From the NCBI RefSeq assembly GCF_006345805.1, contig NC_043017.1, positions 8,680,001 through 8,744,000 of the forward strand: a stretch of 64,000 nt of DNA. Direction: 5' to 3'. The number at the start of each line of letters is the position of its first letter. Position 1 is the stretch's first letter. A program made the translations under genes and the position numbers. The notes under the pieces were generated by a model that worked only from the letters and a program-made list of their open reading frames with translations, searched no databases and was not told the origin of the DNA. Origin of the DNA: Octopus sinensis (Eukaryota). Below, one piece after another: positions 53,379-64,000 of the stretch.

Positions 53379-54650
53379 TTATATGTAAATAGCATCAGTT
53401 AAGCGTTTCGTGTTTCGGTTGTGTGTATGATGACTGATGGTCTGAATTGGACTGGCGTCTGACCAGTCAGAGTTAGATGATAGGGGTGAGTGAGGAGATG
53501 AACTTGACCACTGACCAGGAGATTCAGGCGACGGCGTTAGGTAGTGGTCTGGTGGGACTGACTGTGTGTGCTGCATGGGGGCTTCCATGCTGACGTGACT
53601 GTGCTGTGAAGGAGGGGTGGGGTACTGTTCAGGGGCGATTGGATGTGGGGCGGCCACTTTTTGACAATGGGGTGAATCCGAGTGATAGAGCAAACCAATG
53701 CTGTCTCCACCATTTCCTCCGCCACCACCAAATGTGCAACTCTCGTGCTGTGCTGCCCTGTTCATTTGTGCATGTTGTTGCATCGCCTGCAGGTGTGTCG
53801 GTGATGTTGGCAGGTTCTTCGGTTTTACAGGTGATGGCACATTGCATGCAATTGGTGCAGGGCCTGTTTGCTGAGGGACTACCTGCACCAGGTGAGGGGG
53901 CATTTGTTGTGGAGGCACTTTCTGTGGTGGTTGTAGCTGTGGTGGTGGTGGAGGTTGTTGCTGTTGTTGCTGCTGCTGCTGTTGTGGTGGCAGTGGCGGT
54001 GGTCCCTGCTTAGTCACCTGCGCAGATTTGAACCAGTTGGGTGACATGTCGTAACTGTGGTTAGGTTTGGCATAATGTGCACGCATAACTGCTCTTTCTA
54101 GATAAACAGGATCCCGCTCTGTGTCCATATTGGCGGTCATCACCAACTGACCTTGACAAGCACCCTGGTCAAACTGAGACATTACATCAACAACCCCACC
54201 AGGGGAAGAGTGCATATTCGGTGGCGATTTAGTCGTAACCAACATCTCGGTGTTTGTGCCGCCGTTCATGGTTGTTGCTTCAGGCGTTTTCTTCTTGCGG
54301 GAGCGAGGTTTTTGTGCTGCTACACTGTTTGGCTTTGTAGACTGGACATCTTTGCACTGAGGATTGTTCTTGGTTGATTTACGTGGACGCTGTTTCTGTT
54401 TCGATGATTGCACAAAGTTCATCGATGGTGGGGAAGGGGCAATGTTGTTTGATACTTGCATCGTCGGCGAAGTATTCAACATGTACTCTTCGAGCAAAGT
54501 AACTATGTCGTGGTGCAACTTCTCGGCAGCCATGTCCTTTGGTAGTCTATCCATGTGATCTGTAATATCTCGGTTGGCATGGTATTCCAAGAGTACTTTG
54601 GCAGTTTCGTAGCCTCCTTCTCGGGCAGCGAGGAACAGTGGAGTTTCATC
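53379..54650 (-). CDS. Notch: Notch terminal exon: end of ANK domain, NLS, polyQ/P, PEST, stop
   Basis: Acceptor TTTTCAG|[15 protein letters not shown]...[13 protein letters not shown]; KPRSRKKK; [14 protein letters not shown]; YPTPPSQHS and [28 protein letters not shown]/phosphodegron. 1272 nt including TAG. Confidence 0.97.
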   Translation of the reverse strand, partial: DETPLFLAAREGGYETAKVLLEYHANRDITDHMDRLPKDMAAEKLHHDIVTLLEEYMLNTSPTMQVSNNIAPSPPSMNFVQSSKQKQRPRKSTKNNPQCKDVQSTKPNSVAAQKPRSRKKKTPEATTMNGGTNTEMLVTTKSPPNMHSSPGGVVDVMSQFDQGACQGQLVMTANMDTERDPVYLERAVMRAHYAKPNHSYDMSPNWFKSAQVTKQGPPPLPPQQQQQQQQQQPPPPPQLQPPQKVPPQQMPPHLVQVVPQQTGPAPIACNVPSPVKPKNLPTSPTHLQAMQQHAQMNRAAQHESCTFGGGGGNGGDSIGLLYHSDSPHCQKVAAPHPIAPEQYPTPPSQHSHVSMEAPMQHTQSVPPDHYLTPSPESPGQWSSSSPHSPLSSNSDWSDASPIQTISHHTHNRNTKRLTDAIYI

Positions 54651-55840
54651 CTGAAAAGACAGAAAGAGAATTGTTCATATAAAAAGATTTGTCGTTATCG
54701 TGAATCAAAACAGTTTAATGAATGGGGAAGTTGGAATAGGGTGCAACGATAGGATAAATGACCAGTTGTCATGTGACCACAATAATCATGTGATCAGCTG
54801 AACTTCTAGGTTCTCTCATTGGTCGTTGTTCTCTGGGTCACATGACAGAATAGAACAGTCAGTGAAAGAGTTTCTGTGTGACAGGTGGTGTTCTGTCACT
54901 CAGTTCTGGAGTAAGAGTAAATTGATAGCAAATGAATATTGTGTTTGAGAAACAAGAGTATCACTGTCGACACTGAACTAATATTATGTCAAAGATAGGA
55001 GTACAACAATTGACACTGGACCAAGTCTCGGAGTATCAGGAGTACAGTAACCGACAGTGAATAATGATATGTGAAGTGTTAAAAGTCTGCAGATCATTAC
55101 CAATAATTTGAGGGTGAAAGCTGATTTGAATGGGTGACCTCCAAAGTTCCAGCGTCTATGTCATGACAACTTGGGTTTTAACAAGAAGCATGGCTACATA
55201 GTTGAGAGAAGCTCACTTCCCGACCATAAAGTTTTCGGGTTCAGTCTCACTATGCGGCACCTCGGGCAAGTGTCGTACACTAAAGTACCAGAACTGACCA
55301 AAGCCTTGTGAATAGATTCAATAGACAAAATTGAAATATATAATTTTTACAAGGGAAAAGACTGACATTGACTTTGAGGTCTCAGTTTGTTCGCCTTTGT
55401 TGGAGAATCTGATGAAGGTAAGTAAGCTGGTGATTTCAGTGTAACAGTGAAGAGGCTGATTTTCATTTGTTTTTTAGTGAAGAGAGAGAGAGAGAGAGAG
55501 AGAGAGAACATAAGGCTTCTACGGTGGTCAGTTGAATACATTCACAGGTATAGAGGGAAAATTACTGAACATTTTGACTTCACCTTGGAGAATGTCTAAG
55601 GGTGAGAATACAGCATGTAGGGAGAAGAGTAGGGTATATAGGGGCAAGTTTAGAATGCATAAGGGCAAGAGTAGAGATGTAGGGAGCAAAAATAGAGTAT
55701 GTTGAGGTAAGAACAGAGCATGAAGGGGCAAAAGTTTTAAAACTCATCATAGCTGAGCACCTCATCAACCCAACCAGCTGTGATGAAGAGTGAGAAACAG
55801 AAGTACAAGAGATCAAAGAGCAAACAGCAATGATACATAC

Positions 55841-55938
55841 CTTGTTATCCTGTGCATCTCTGTTAGCGCCATGATGGAGCAGAACCTTTGCTGCAGCCAC
55901 GTTGTTTACTGAAGCAGCCCAATGGAGACTAGTTTTTC
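55841..55938 (-). CDS. Notch: Notch ANK exon ([13 protein letters not shown]...AQDNK)
   Basis: TTTCAG acceptor, GTATGT donor; 98 nt; phase 1 to 0. Confidence 0.95.
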
Positions 55939-56457
55939 CTGAAAAGATGACAAATGAATACATAAATAGCATGGAACATGGATGTTGAATGATGATGGAG
56001 GACATCCAATTGTAAAAAGCTCAAAACATAAAAAGGCAGACAAAATGCCACTAAGCATTTTGCCCAGCATGCTAACAATTCTTCCAGCTTGCCACCTTGA
56101 GAGAAAGCCATATATTGAGGGCCTGTCCTCTGCAGGGAGCCAGAAGGCAAAATGTAGGGTCACATGCTTTGTCACAAAGTCAAATGTTCTGGTATTTGAA
56201 GGAATAGGTTTAACAGCCCATTTGCCAGCCTCGTCTGGCACGTAAAAAGCACCCACTACACTCATGGAGTGGTTGGCGTTAGGAAGGGCATCCAGCCGTA
56301 GAAACATTGCCAGATCAGACTGGGCCTGGTGCAGCCTTCTGGCTTCCCAGACCCCAGTTGCACCGTCCAACCCATGCCAGCATGGAAAGCGGACGCTAAA
56401 TGATGATGATGATCATCATCATCATTTATAGTATATACTAAGTAAAATGTCTCTTAC

Positions 56458-56605
56458 CTGAATCATCAGCAGCATTTATATCGGCGTCGGCATTAATGAG
56501 GTCTTCCACCATTCTCTCAATGGCCAGTCTTGTAGCCAGAATCATAGGGGTTGTACCACAGTTCATGCGGGCATTCAAATTTGTAGAACGGTTTCTTAAT
56601 AAAAT
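56458..56605 (-). CDS. Notch: Notch ANK exon ([49 protein letters not shown])
   Basis: Not in the ORF track; translated by hand. GACAG acceptor, GTAAGA donor; 148 nt; phase 0 to 1. Confidence 0.95.
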
Positions 56606-57332
56606 CTGTCCAAAACATGGAAAGTAAATAAATCTTAGATTGTCTTATGTACAAACTACAACATATACATTAGCAATAGCATCACAATTGTACACCCACA
56701 TACTACAACAATAATGTCACTGTACCACACAGTACTTGACCATGTGTAGTAATAAAATCACAGTAGTGTACTACATACTGTAGCAGTAACACAAAAGTAC
56801 TACTCATACAATGTAGTAGTAATACTACAGTATTAAACTACATTTTGTGGTAGTAACACCACAGTGTTACAAACTGTAACAGTACCATCAGAGTACTACA
56901 CCATATGATGTAGCAGTAACACTACAGTACATACTGTATGTAGTACAATGCTATACAGAATTACTTGTCAAGCTATGGGTTGCTCCAGCTGACGAAAAAA
57001 GAAAAGTCAAATTTTCCTCATATCAGATCCTTAAAGAAAGAACACTTTAGATAACATAGTTGTTTTACATTCACAATTGTAACAAAAATATGGGATGGTC
57101 ATGGCAGGAACATTTTTGATCAGGTTTGACTTGGGAGCTAAACAACAATTTACCCTTTCGATACCAACCCAACTGAAACTGCCTCTGGTTTCATAGTACA
57201 AATGACTCCAGAAATATCTTAACAGGCAGCATTGTCAAATATGGAATTCCTTTAATCATAAATCTGCTGGATCCAGTTTGATCCAGACACAAACAACAAG
57301 ATGTGAAAATATAAATTCTTATTTCCTCTCAC

Positions 57333-57484
57333 CTGGAAGACACCCTGTGCATCAGCAGATACCGAAGTATGGAGCGGAGTCCTTCCTGTACAATCTTGGG
57401 CGTTGGGATCAGCTCCAGCTTCCAACAAGATTTTAGCTGCATCAGCTCTGGCATAACGAGCAGCCAAATGCAAAGATGATTCAC
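57333..57484 (-). CDS. Notch: Notch ANK exon ([18 protein letters not shown]...DAQGVFQ)
   Basis: TTTAAG acceptor, GTGAGA donor; 152 nt; phase 1 to 0. Confidence 0.95.
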
Positions 57485-57993
57485 CTTAAACAAATAATAA
57501 TAATAATAATCACAATAATAATAATAGTAATGATAATAATAATCACAATAATAATAATATTAATAATAAATATCCATATGACTGTGTGGTTAGGAAGTTT
57601 ACCTGCCAACCATGTAGATTCAGGATCAGTTTCACTGGGCAGCACATTGGGCAAGGATCTTCTACTATGGCCTTGAACTGACCAATGCCTTGTGAATAAA
57701 ATTGTATGGAAGCCTGCTCTATATGCGTGATGGTGCATGGCTTACTGATTAGGGCATTCGGTGTACAATAAGATCATGAGTTCTATTTACAGAGGCACAT
57801 TATTTCCTTGTGTAAGACACTCTATTTCATGCTGCTCCAGTCTACTCAGTTGGCAAAAATGAGTTGTAACCGTAATTCAAAGGGCTGCCCTTGTCACATT
57901 CTGTGTCACACTGTGGACCAAATAATCAGTGATGTTTGTTAACAGTCATCTGAGCATGTGTATGTGTGTGTGCTTAGTGAAACATCTACATAC

Positions 57994-58158
57994 CTGTACG
58001 GTCAGTGCGGGCATTAATGGCAGCTCCTTGCATGAGAAGATTTGTTATGATACCAGCTGATTTATCTTCAGACTCGCCTTCACCAGATATTTCATCATCT
58101 CCATCGGTGTCCAGTCCTTGGCCTCGGAACGATGCCAACATGAGTGGCGTAAAGCCAT
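57994..58158 (-). CDS. Notch: Notch ANK exon ([13 protein letters not shown]...NARTDRT)
   Basis: TTCATAG acceptor, GTATGT donor; 165 nt; phase 1 to 1. Confidence 0.95.
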
Positions 58159-58407
58159 CTATGAACAGAAATATTTGGAGATTTAATATCAAAGGAAACA
58201 GCTTCAAAAGAAATAGTTCAATAAAAATTAAAAGAAATCATTATTATTATTATCAAGATGGTGAACTGGAAGGATTGTTAACATTAATCCTTTGTCACCA
58301 TATTTCCATTGAAATACCTTTGTTTCAATTAATTTTGAAAATTATATAGAATTTAGTAAAATAAGAGATTTGTGGTTTGTTTGAAGTATGGTCGAACCAA
58401 AGAAGGG

Positions 58408-58663
58408 AAAGAAAAGGGGGGGGGATAAGAAAGCTTCTGGCAAGGCAGAAAGTTTTACAAAATCCTTTAATGTCCAGTTACACAGGCTTCGTTACCCTAC
58501 TCAAACTCCTAACACCAAGGAGTTTGAGTAAGGTAACGGAACCTGTGTAACTGGACATTTCCCAGACTGTTTCCTTCTGAGGATGGGCCTTTGCACCTGA
58601 AATAGGAGTTTTTGTAAAACTTTCTGCATTGTCAGAAGCTTTCTTATTTCCCCACTTTTCTTT
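58408..58663. mobile_element. MITE-like double hairpin in a Notch intron
   Basis: Outer ~55-bp inverted arms (58408-58462 / 58610-58663); inner 42-bp arms (58469-58510 / 58518-58559, 39/42) with a 7-nt loop. Confidence 0.8.
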
Positions 58664-58924
58664 CTCAGTAAAATAACTGCCATTATTAAGCTGGTGTTTG
58701 GAACATAATTTAACTTGAAATTTTCAGGAAAAGTTTTAATTTAGATGATTTTTAAACTGGAAGTTTGTATCATAAAGCTAGGTGTGATCTTATATGGGTT
58801 GGTTGTCAAGAGGATTAAATAATGATAATTTGTAATTTTGGTCATATAACTTTTGTTATATATGCATAATAACAACAAGTGAAAAATTCAAATGAAATCC
58901 AATAAGTGTTTTGAACTAACTTAC

Positions 58925-59099
58925 CAGGTCCTCTGACATCAACTTCATTAGAGACATGCTGATCATCTCCCCGTGGAGGTGTCAGGGCAAGAATTGAACT
59001 AGGCAAGTTAGCAGCATCAAAATGCCGCTGAGTCCACTGCCGTGTGTCTGTCTGGTCAAATTCCAAATTGTCATCATTTGATTCACCAATTTCATCCAA
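58925..59099 (-). CDS. Notch: Notch RAM-ANK linker exon (LDEIG...RQWTQRHFDAA...LALTPP...DVRGP)
   Basis: CTCCAG acceptor, GTAAGT donor; 175 nt; phase 0 to 1; Notch motifs QWTQxH and LALTPP. Confidence 0.93.
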
Positions 59100-60024
59100 C
59101 TGGAGGAGAAAAATAGAGAGAGAAAAAGGAAAGATGAGAGAAGTAAAAACAAAGTCCCTAAATTAGACCTATAATTAATCCTCCCACCTGCCACTAAACA
59201 AAAATATTTTAAAAAGTAATTCAACTAGAAATTAAAAACAAAATCATGGATGTTGGGTAATGATTGAAAGAGTATGATCACAAATACAAGCAGCTGAAAT
59301 GGGGTTCTTCCAAAGGATCTCAGGAGTAATATTATTGAACAAGGCACATAGCATGGAGATCAAGGAGTCTCTTCAGGTTGAGCTGCTAGTCTCTGCATTG
59401 GAAGATCACTACTCCAGTGCTATGAACATGTGATTAAAATGTCACCGTAAAGAACTGCAAAATGGATTCTTCAAGCCAAGCCAACTGGCAAGAGGCTTAG
59501 GGGTAGACCACAAGCAAGATAGTTAGATAATATCCATAGTCTCAGTTGGTCGTGTTTGGCAATCTAGCTGGAAAATGTAATGGTAGTTGCTTCTGATAGG
59601 ACCCTATGAAGAAGGAGCCTAAGGACTCTATCCAATAACATTCCCAGGTATAGTGAGAAGAGAAAGCGGGTGGAAGTTATTAACTGTGTGATTGGAATTT
59701 GAACTAAAATGGTAAGCTCAGAAATATCCTTGTTTCTAAAGGAATTGTAGTAGTCCCTCCAATATGCAAGCAAAGCAAGTAGTATAATCACGTATAAATT
59801 GTCATTCTATAATGACCATAACTCTTTAAATTTTCTCTTCCACTGAACCTGCAAGCTTCATTCTCAAATGCCCTTCCATTTATACTAACGTTCAGTCCCT
59901 GTTTTTTTTTTTTTTTTTTTGGTACCACCTCAAGTATATCAATCTTCTATCCCCACCTCTATCCTGATATTCTGGTCACCACAGCCCAATTTCAAACCCT
60001 GTTGGCTGAAAGCTGTCATTTTAC

Positions 60025-60166
60025 CTTGATTCTTTTACATTGATGGTGGTCGTTATCATCTATGTCCCACTGGTCAGTACTTTGTGGAGTTGATCTGTTG
60101 TCGTTGGCATCAAGTTTCATAAGAGCTGGATCAAACTGAGGTAAATTACAAGTTCTTGGGAGATTC
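60025..60166 (-). CDS. Notch: Notch RAM exon (NLPRTCN...QWDIDDNDHHQCKRIK)
   Basis: TTCCAG acceptor, GTAAAA donor; 142 nt; phase 2 to 0 fits both neighbours; KRIK NLS-like motif. Confidence 0.85.
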
Positions 60167-60680
60167 CTGGAAGTAATTTTAAAATAAATTGGTAAAAGGA
60201 AGTAAAAAATAAAATGCAACAATTTATATCTGGATCATTTGTAGACACAGGCATCGCTGTGTGGTAAGAACTCTGCTTCTCAAACATATATGGTTCCTGG
60301 TTTAGTCCCACTGCATGGTGCCTTGGGCAAGTGTCTTCTACTATAGCCCCAGACTGGCCAAGGTCTTGTGAGATGGTTTTGATAGACAGAAATTGAAAGA
60401 AATCAGTTATGTGCGTACATGTTTGTGTTGTATGTATGTAAGCATATGTGAGTATGTGTATGCACACCAGGAAAAATGTTTAGCAGCATTTCGTTCAGCT
60501 TTACATTCTAAGTTCAAATTTCACTGAGGTCAATTTTGCCTTTCATCCTTTCATGGTTAATTAATAAGTACCAGTTGAGTACTGGGGTTGATATAATTGA
60601 CTTACACCCTACCCCAAAGTTGCTGGTCCTGTATCAAAATTTAAAACCAATATTTGAAGAATTCCTTCATTTGTACTTAC

Positions 60681-60903
60681 TTCATCTCTTCCCCATCGGG
60701 CTTACGGCGTGGGATGTGTTTCGATGTGTCCTTGCCAGATCGTATACTTTCAAAGAATCCTTCTGGGAACCAGGTGACACCTCGGGTACGCTTGCGAGAC
60801 ATGACAACCACCAGCAGGATGATGATGGCCAACACACAGACACAAGAAACCACAATGTAGACAAGTTTGAAGGGTGCGTTGGGTTCTTGAGTGCTTTCTT
60901 CAG
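60681..60903 (-). CDS. Notch: Notch transmembrane + RAM exon
   Basis: TTTCAG acceptor, GTAAGT donor; 223 nt; TM LVYIVVSCVCVLAIIILLVVVM, stop-transfer SRKR, CSL-binding TWFPEGF, RRKPDGEEM. Confidence 0.95.
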
Positions 60904-60990
60904 CTGAAACAGGAGATATATACATTGTATATCTTTTGCCAAGGGACACACACACACACACTCACACATACACATATATCTTATACTTAC

Positions 60991-61130
60991 TGTCAATCTT
61001 GTGAATATCAAAATCAGCCTTCCAACCGTGCCGCATTTTTTCTGCTATGAATTCAGCTGCCCTGCTTGTGTTCTGGAAACACGTGCTGCCCTGACATTTC
61101 CGATTGTCAATTTCAACAAACACTTTTGTC
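60991..61130 (-). CDS. Notch: Notch HD-C exon (TKVFVEIDNRKCQGSTCFQNTSRAAEFIA...HKID)
   Basis: Not in the ORF track; translated by hand. CTCCAG acceptor, GTAAGT donor; 140 nt; EIDNRxC motif; phase 2 to 1. Confidence 0.93.
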
Positions 61131-62099
61131 CTGGAGGAGGAGGAGAAAGTAGAGAATGCAAAAAAGAAGGAAAATAAATATTGATGTTAATTAATTAATA
61201 AAAATGTTATCTTCTGACAGAAAATTTTGCATTGAAAATACTTAGAAATATTCCATGCAGGCATGCATCTATAGAGATGTATTCACACCCATACTAATGT
61301 CATCATCATCAGTGTCATCGTTTAACATCCGCTTTCCATGCTGGCATGGGTTGGATGGTTTGACTGAGCGCTGGCGAGCCAGAGTCTGCACCAGGCTCCA
61401 ATCTGATCTGGCAATGTTTCTACAGCTGGATGCCCTTCCTAACGCCAACCACTCCAAGAGTGTAGTGTGGGTGTTTTTTTACATGCCACCGTCATGGGGC
61501 CAGTCAGCTGGCACTGGCACCGACCATGCTCAAATGGTGCTTTTTATGTGCCACCAGCACAGTCCTTATATTACATGTGCAGTGCGTGTTCATATGTATA
61601 AATAACCATAATAAGAAGTTTGCTTCCCCTGGTCTCAGGTTTAGTCCTACTGTGTAGCACCTTGGGCAAGTGTCTTCTACTACAGCCTTGAGCTGATCAA
61701 AGCTTTTTGAGAGGCTGGGAGGGTAGAAATGGAAAGATCTCTGCCATATACAAACATGCGTGTGTGTCTTCTGGTCTTGACATGACATAGTAGTGTAAAT
61801 GAGCATCACTGTCATACAAGCAGTGTTGTTCATTTTCAAAATTCTGTGAAAAATGTGTCTGGCAATAGGGAAGTATTACCTTGTTTGGAAATAGGTGAGG
61901 GTTGGTAACAAGAAGGGCATCTAGCTGCAGAAAATAGGACTCAATAAACTCATGCAAACATGGGAAAATGATTCCTAGGTGTAAGGGGCCAGTTTGAAAA
62001 GAAACAAGTAAAATATTTGGGCCAGATATGGCTGGCTTAAATGCTAATGGGTTAAAAGAAGATTAGTAGTTTTGGGGCCTTTCAGTCAGTCAGAAGTGT

Positions 62100-62485
62100 A
62101 GACAAAAGAAAAAAAGCAATAACTCTGACCATTTCAATGGGAGTTGGGTAAACCCAGGAAGACGTAGGACAAAATGGTAAGAAAGGATCTTTGGACACTG
62201 GTCTTCACTGAGGAAATGACAAGGGAACAGGAGACTCGCCAAGTTAAGTAAAATCGCTGTCATTCATACATTTGGGTTTGTGCTTTGCAGGTGCCAGTGC
62301 TACATAAAATTCACTTGTGCTGGTGACATGTAAAGAGCAGCCAGCACACCCTGGAAAGTGGTTGGCATTAGGAAGGGTATCCAACTATAGAAACCATGCT
62401 ACAACAGACAATTGGAGCATGGTCAGCTCCATGTCAATCTAACCCATGCCAGCATGGAAAATGGATGTTAAAAAATGATGATGTT
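62100..62485 (+). mobile_element. RTE LINE 3' end (ORF C-terminus + 3' UTR + (GAT)n tail), antisense in a Notch intron
   Basis: GKPRKT*DKMVRKDLWTLVFTEEMT resembles the RTE GRPRKTW motif and is followed by the abundant GGCATTAGGAAGGG...CCATGCCAGCATGGAAAATGGATGTTAA block. Confidence 0.7.
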
Positions 62486-62521
62486 GATAATTATTTTTCA
62501 TAGAAAGACTGTTTTACTTAC

Positions 62522-63096
62522 CCTCTAACAACTGCAGCCCTACGTGAAAGCCGATGTTCTGTGCGTAGCAGTTGAGTAATGTAACGTTTCACTAAGTTCA
62601 CCTTGTTATCTGCCTCCTCATCTTGGTACCATGGATAAATCATATAATTCCCATCCTCGCCACGCTTGAGTCGGACCACAGTTTGTAAGAGTGCACCAAG
62701 TTGCCAGATGAATTGGGTGGCACTCTTCCGAAATGTCTCTGGAGGCACAAGAACGATGAGTACCAACGTTCCGACAGCTAAACTTTCTTTGTTCTTATCG
62801 CAGTCCAGACCATCCCAAAGACATTCTTCATTATCACAGCCTTTATCGCACATGCCATTTCCATAGTTTTCTGAGCAGTATGCTTTATAGACAGGGTTGC
62901 AAGCAGCTTGTTTGTCTTTGCAGTCAAATCCATCCCACAGACAATCTTCATTGTTACATTCAGGGTCACATTTGTTGTCTTGGAAAACGTCCCAACAGAA
63001 CCGGCCGTTCGACTGCTTCTTACAGTTCTTGAAAGGGAAGGTTCCTTTGGAACATTCCATGTTGTCATACTTACAAGCATGGGAATTGCATTCAGC
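62522..63096 (-). CDS. Notch: Notch LNR repeats + HD-N exon including the S1 loop
   Basis: Acceptor TTGAAG|GCT, donor GG|GTAAGT; 575 nt; LNR motifs CNSHACKYDNMEC, CNNEDCLWDGFDC, CDNEECLWDGLDC; GTLVLIVLVPPE; MIYPWY. Confidence 0.96.
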
Positions 63097-63696
63097 CTTC
63101 AATTGTGTGGAAAAAATATATAAAGAAAAGAAATAAAATCAATATTGAAATACAAATACATATTCACATTATACACATGCATAAATAACAGTGCCTATAT
63201 AAAATGGTATTAAGGTGGCAAGATAGTAGAATCGTTACCACACCAGGTGAAATGCAAGTACCAGTTGAATACTGGGGCCAATGTAATTCACTTAGATTGC
63301 TGGCCTTGCACTAAAATTTGAAACCAATATAAAATGGTATTTTAACACATTGCACCTTGTGGTTATCTGTACCAGTCTTTTCAATTCTGATGGGAACGCC
63401 TGCGACAACTCTGGTACCAAACTGTAATACTGGTCTTTAAGAAAGGCCTTTCCCTTTGAGAGAACTAGGGAAGGCTTTAATGCATGGGCAACTGCTAGTT
63501 TCAATGTAACAAAGGGAATTGAGAGAACAGTACTAGGTACTCAGGGCACTAGGTGGGAAAAAAAAAACCTTGCCAAGTCTTCAATTACAGGTGCAAATAC
63601 ATTGTCAACACTGACTGATGCAAGCCACTCTGACTGTGGAGGTGTGTTTTCACACATGAACACATGCATAGATAGATATCGATATTTGTGTGTGTT

Positions 63697-63750
<54 letters not shown>

Positions 63751-63755
<5 letters not shown>

Positions 63756-64000
63756 ATTATGGCTGCCCCCTCGTTATCAAGTATGGCCATTGCATGAAGC
63801 TTAATTGTTACTGTTGCTGTGATCGAATGTGACTTTTTAGCCCAGCTAAAGATCTACAATGTCTTGTACAAAATTGGCAACTAAAACCTTTACTGGTAAT
63901 AGCCGGCTGTAGTTGTAACTGGGCTTCATGTACCTTTGCATGTCGTTTAAGTCCTCCTGTCGAATTACACTCTCTTCCACATGCCCGACAGATATGATTA
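63751..64000 (-). mobile_element. Probable RTE LINE 3' end encoding two zinc fingers, with a (TAA)n tail
   Basis: Open frame 63999..63808 translated by hand: NHICRACGRECNSTGGLKRHAKVH...FSCQFCTRHCRSLAGLKSHIRSQQQ*. It is followed by a ~47-nt UTR and ATAATAATAA. Truncated by the window edge. Confidence 0.65.

Noticed and set aside
53537-54752. Alternative-frame and antisense ORFs over the Notch last exon
   Set aside because: Shadows of the GC-richer coding exon.
56700-56950. Degenerate TACTACAG-like tandem repeat in a Notch intron
   Set aside because: Low-complexity decayed minisatellite with no interpretable motif.

Overview
Eukaryotic animal genomic DNA, very rich in microsatellites, SINEs and transposon remnants. 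I infer an octopod cephalopod from the repeat landscape (my recall of octopus repeat families, not a search). Two genes are supported. (1) The 3' part of a Notch gene on the minus strand: ten coding exons between 63096 and 53379 (LNR, HD, TM, RAM, ANK, PEST). All have GT-AG boundaries and phases that join into one open frame; the 5' part of the gene lies beyond the window. (2) A single-exon 398-aa plus-strand ORF (16214..17410) with a signal peptide, three FGFR-type Ig domains and a terminal hydrophobic tail, i.e. a kinase-less and probably GPI-anchored FGFR-like protein, convergent with Notch. The rest is mobile and repetitive DNA: DD34D mariner, DD37D maT and MULE remnants, a non-autonomous Helitron nested in a SINE, RTE and CR1-group LINE 3' ends, several SINE families (four copies with clear TSDs), fold-back elements, a ~1.04-kb tandem array and two minisatellites made of transcription-factor-like motifs. 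Almost all short ORFs in the supplied track are translations of microsatellites. The most interesting leads are the FGFR-like ORF and a set of Notch ANK codons that are one A-to-G change away from the conserved residue (candidate restorative A-to-I editing).
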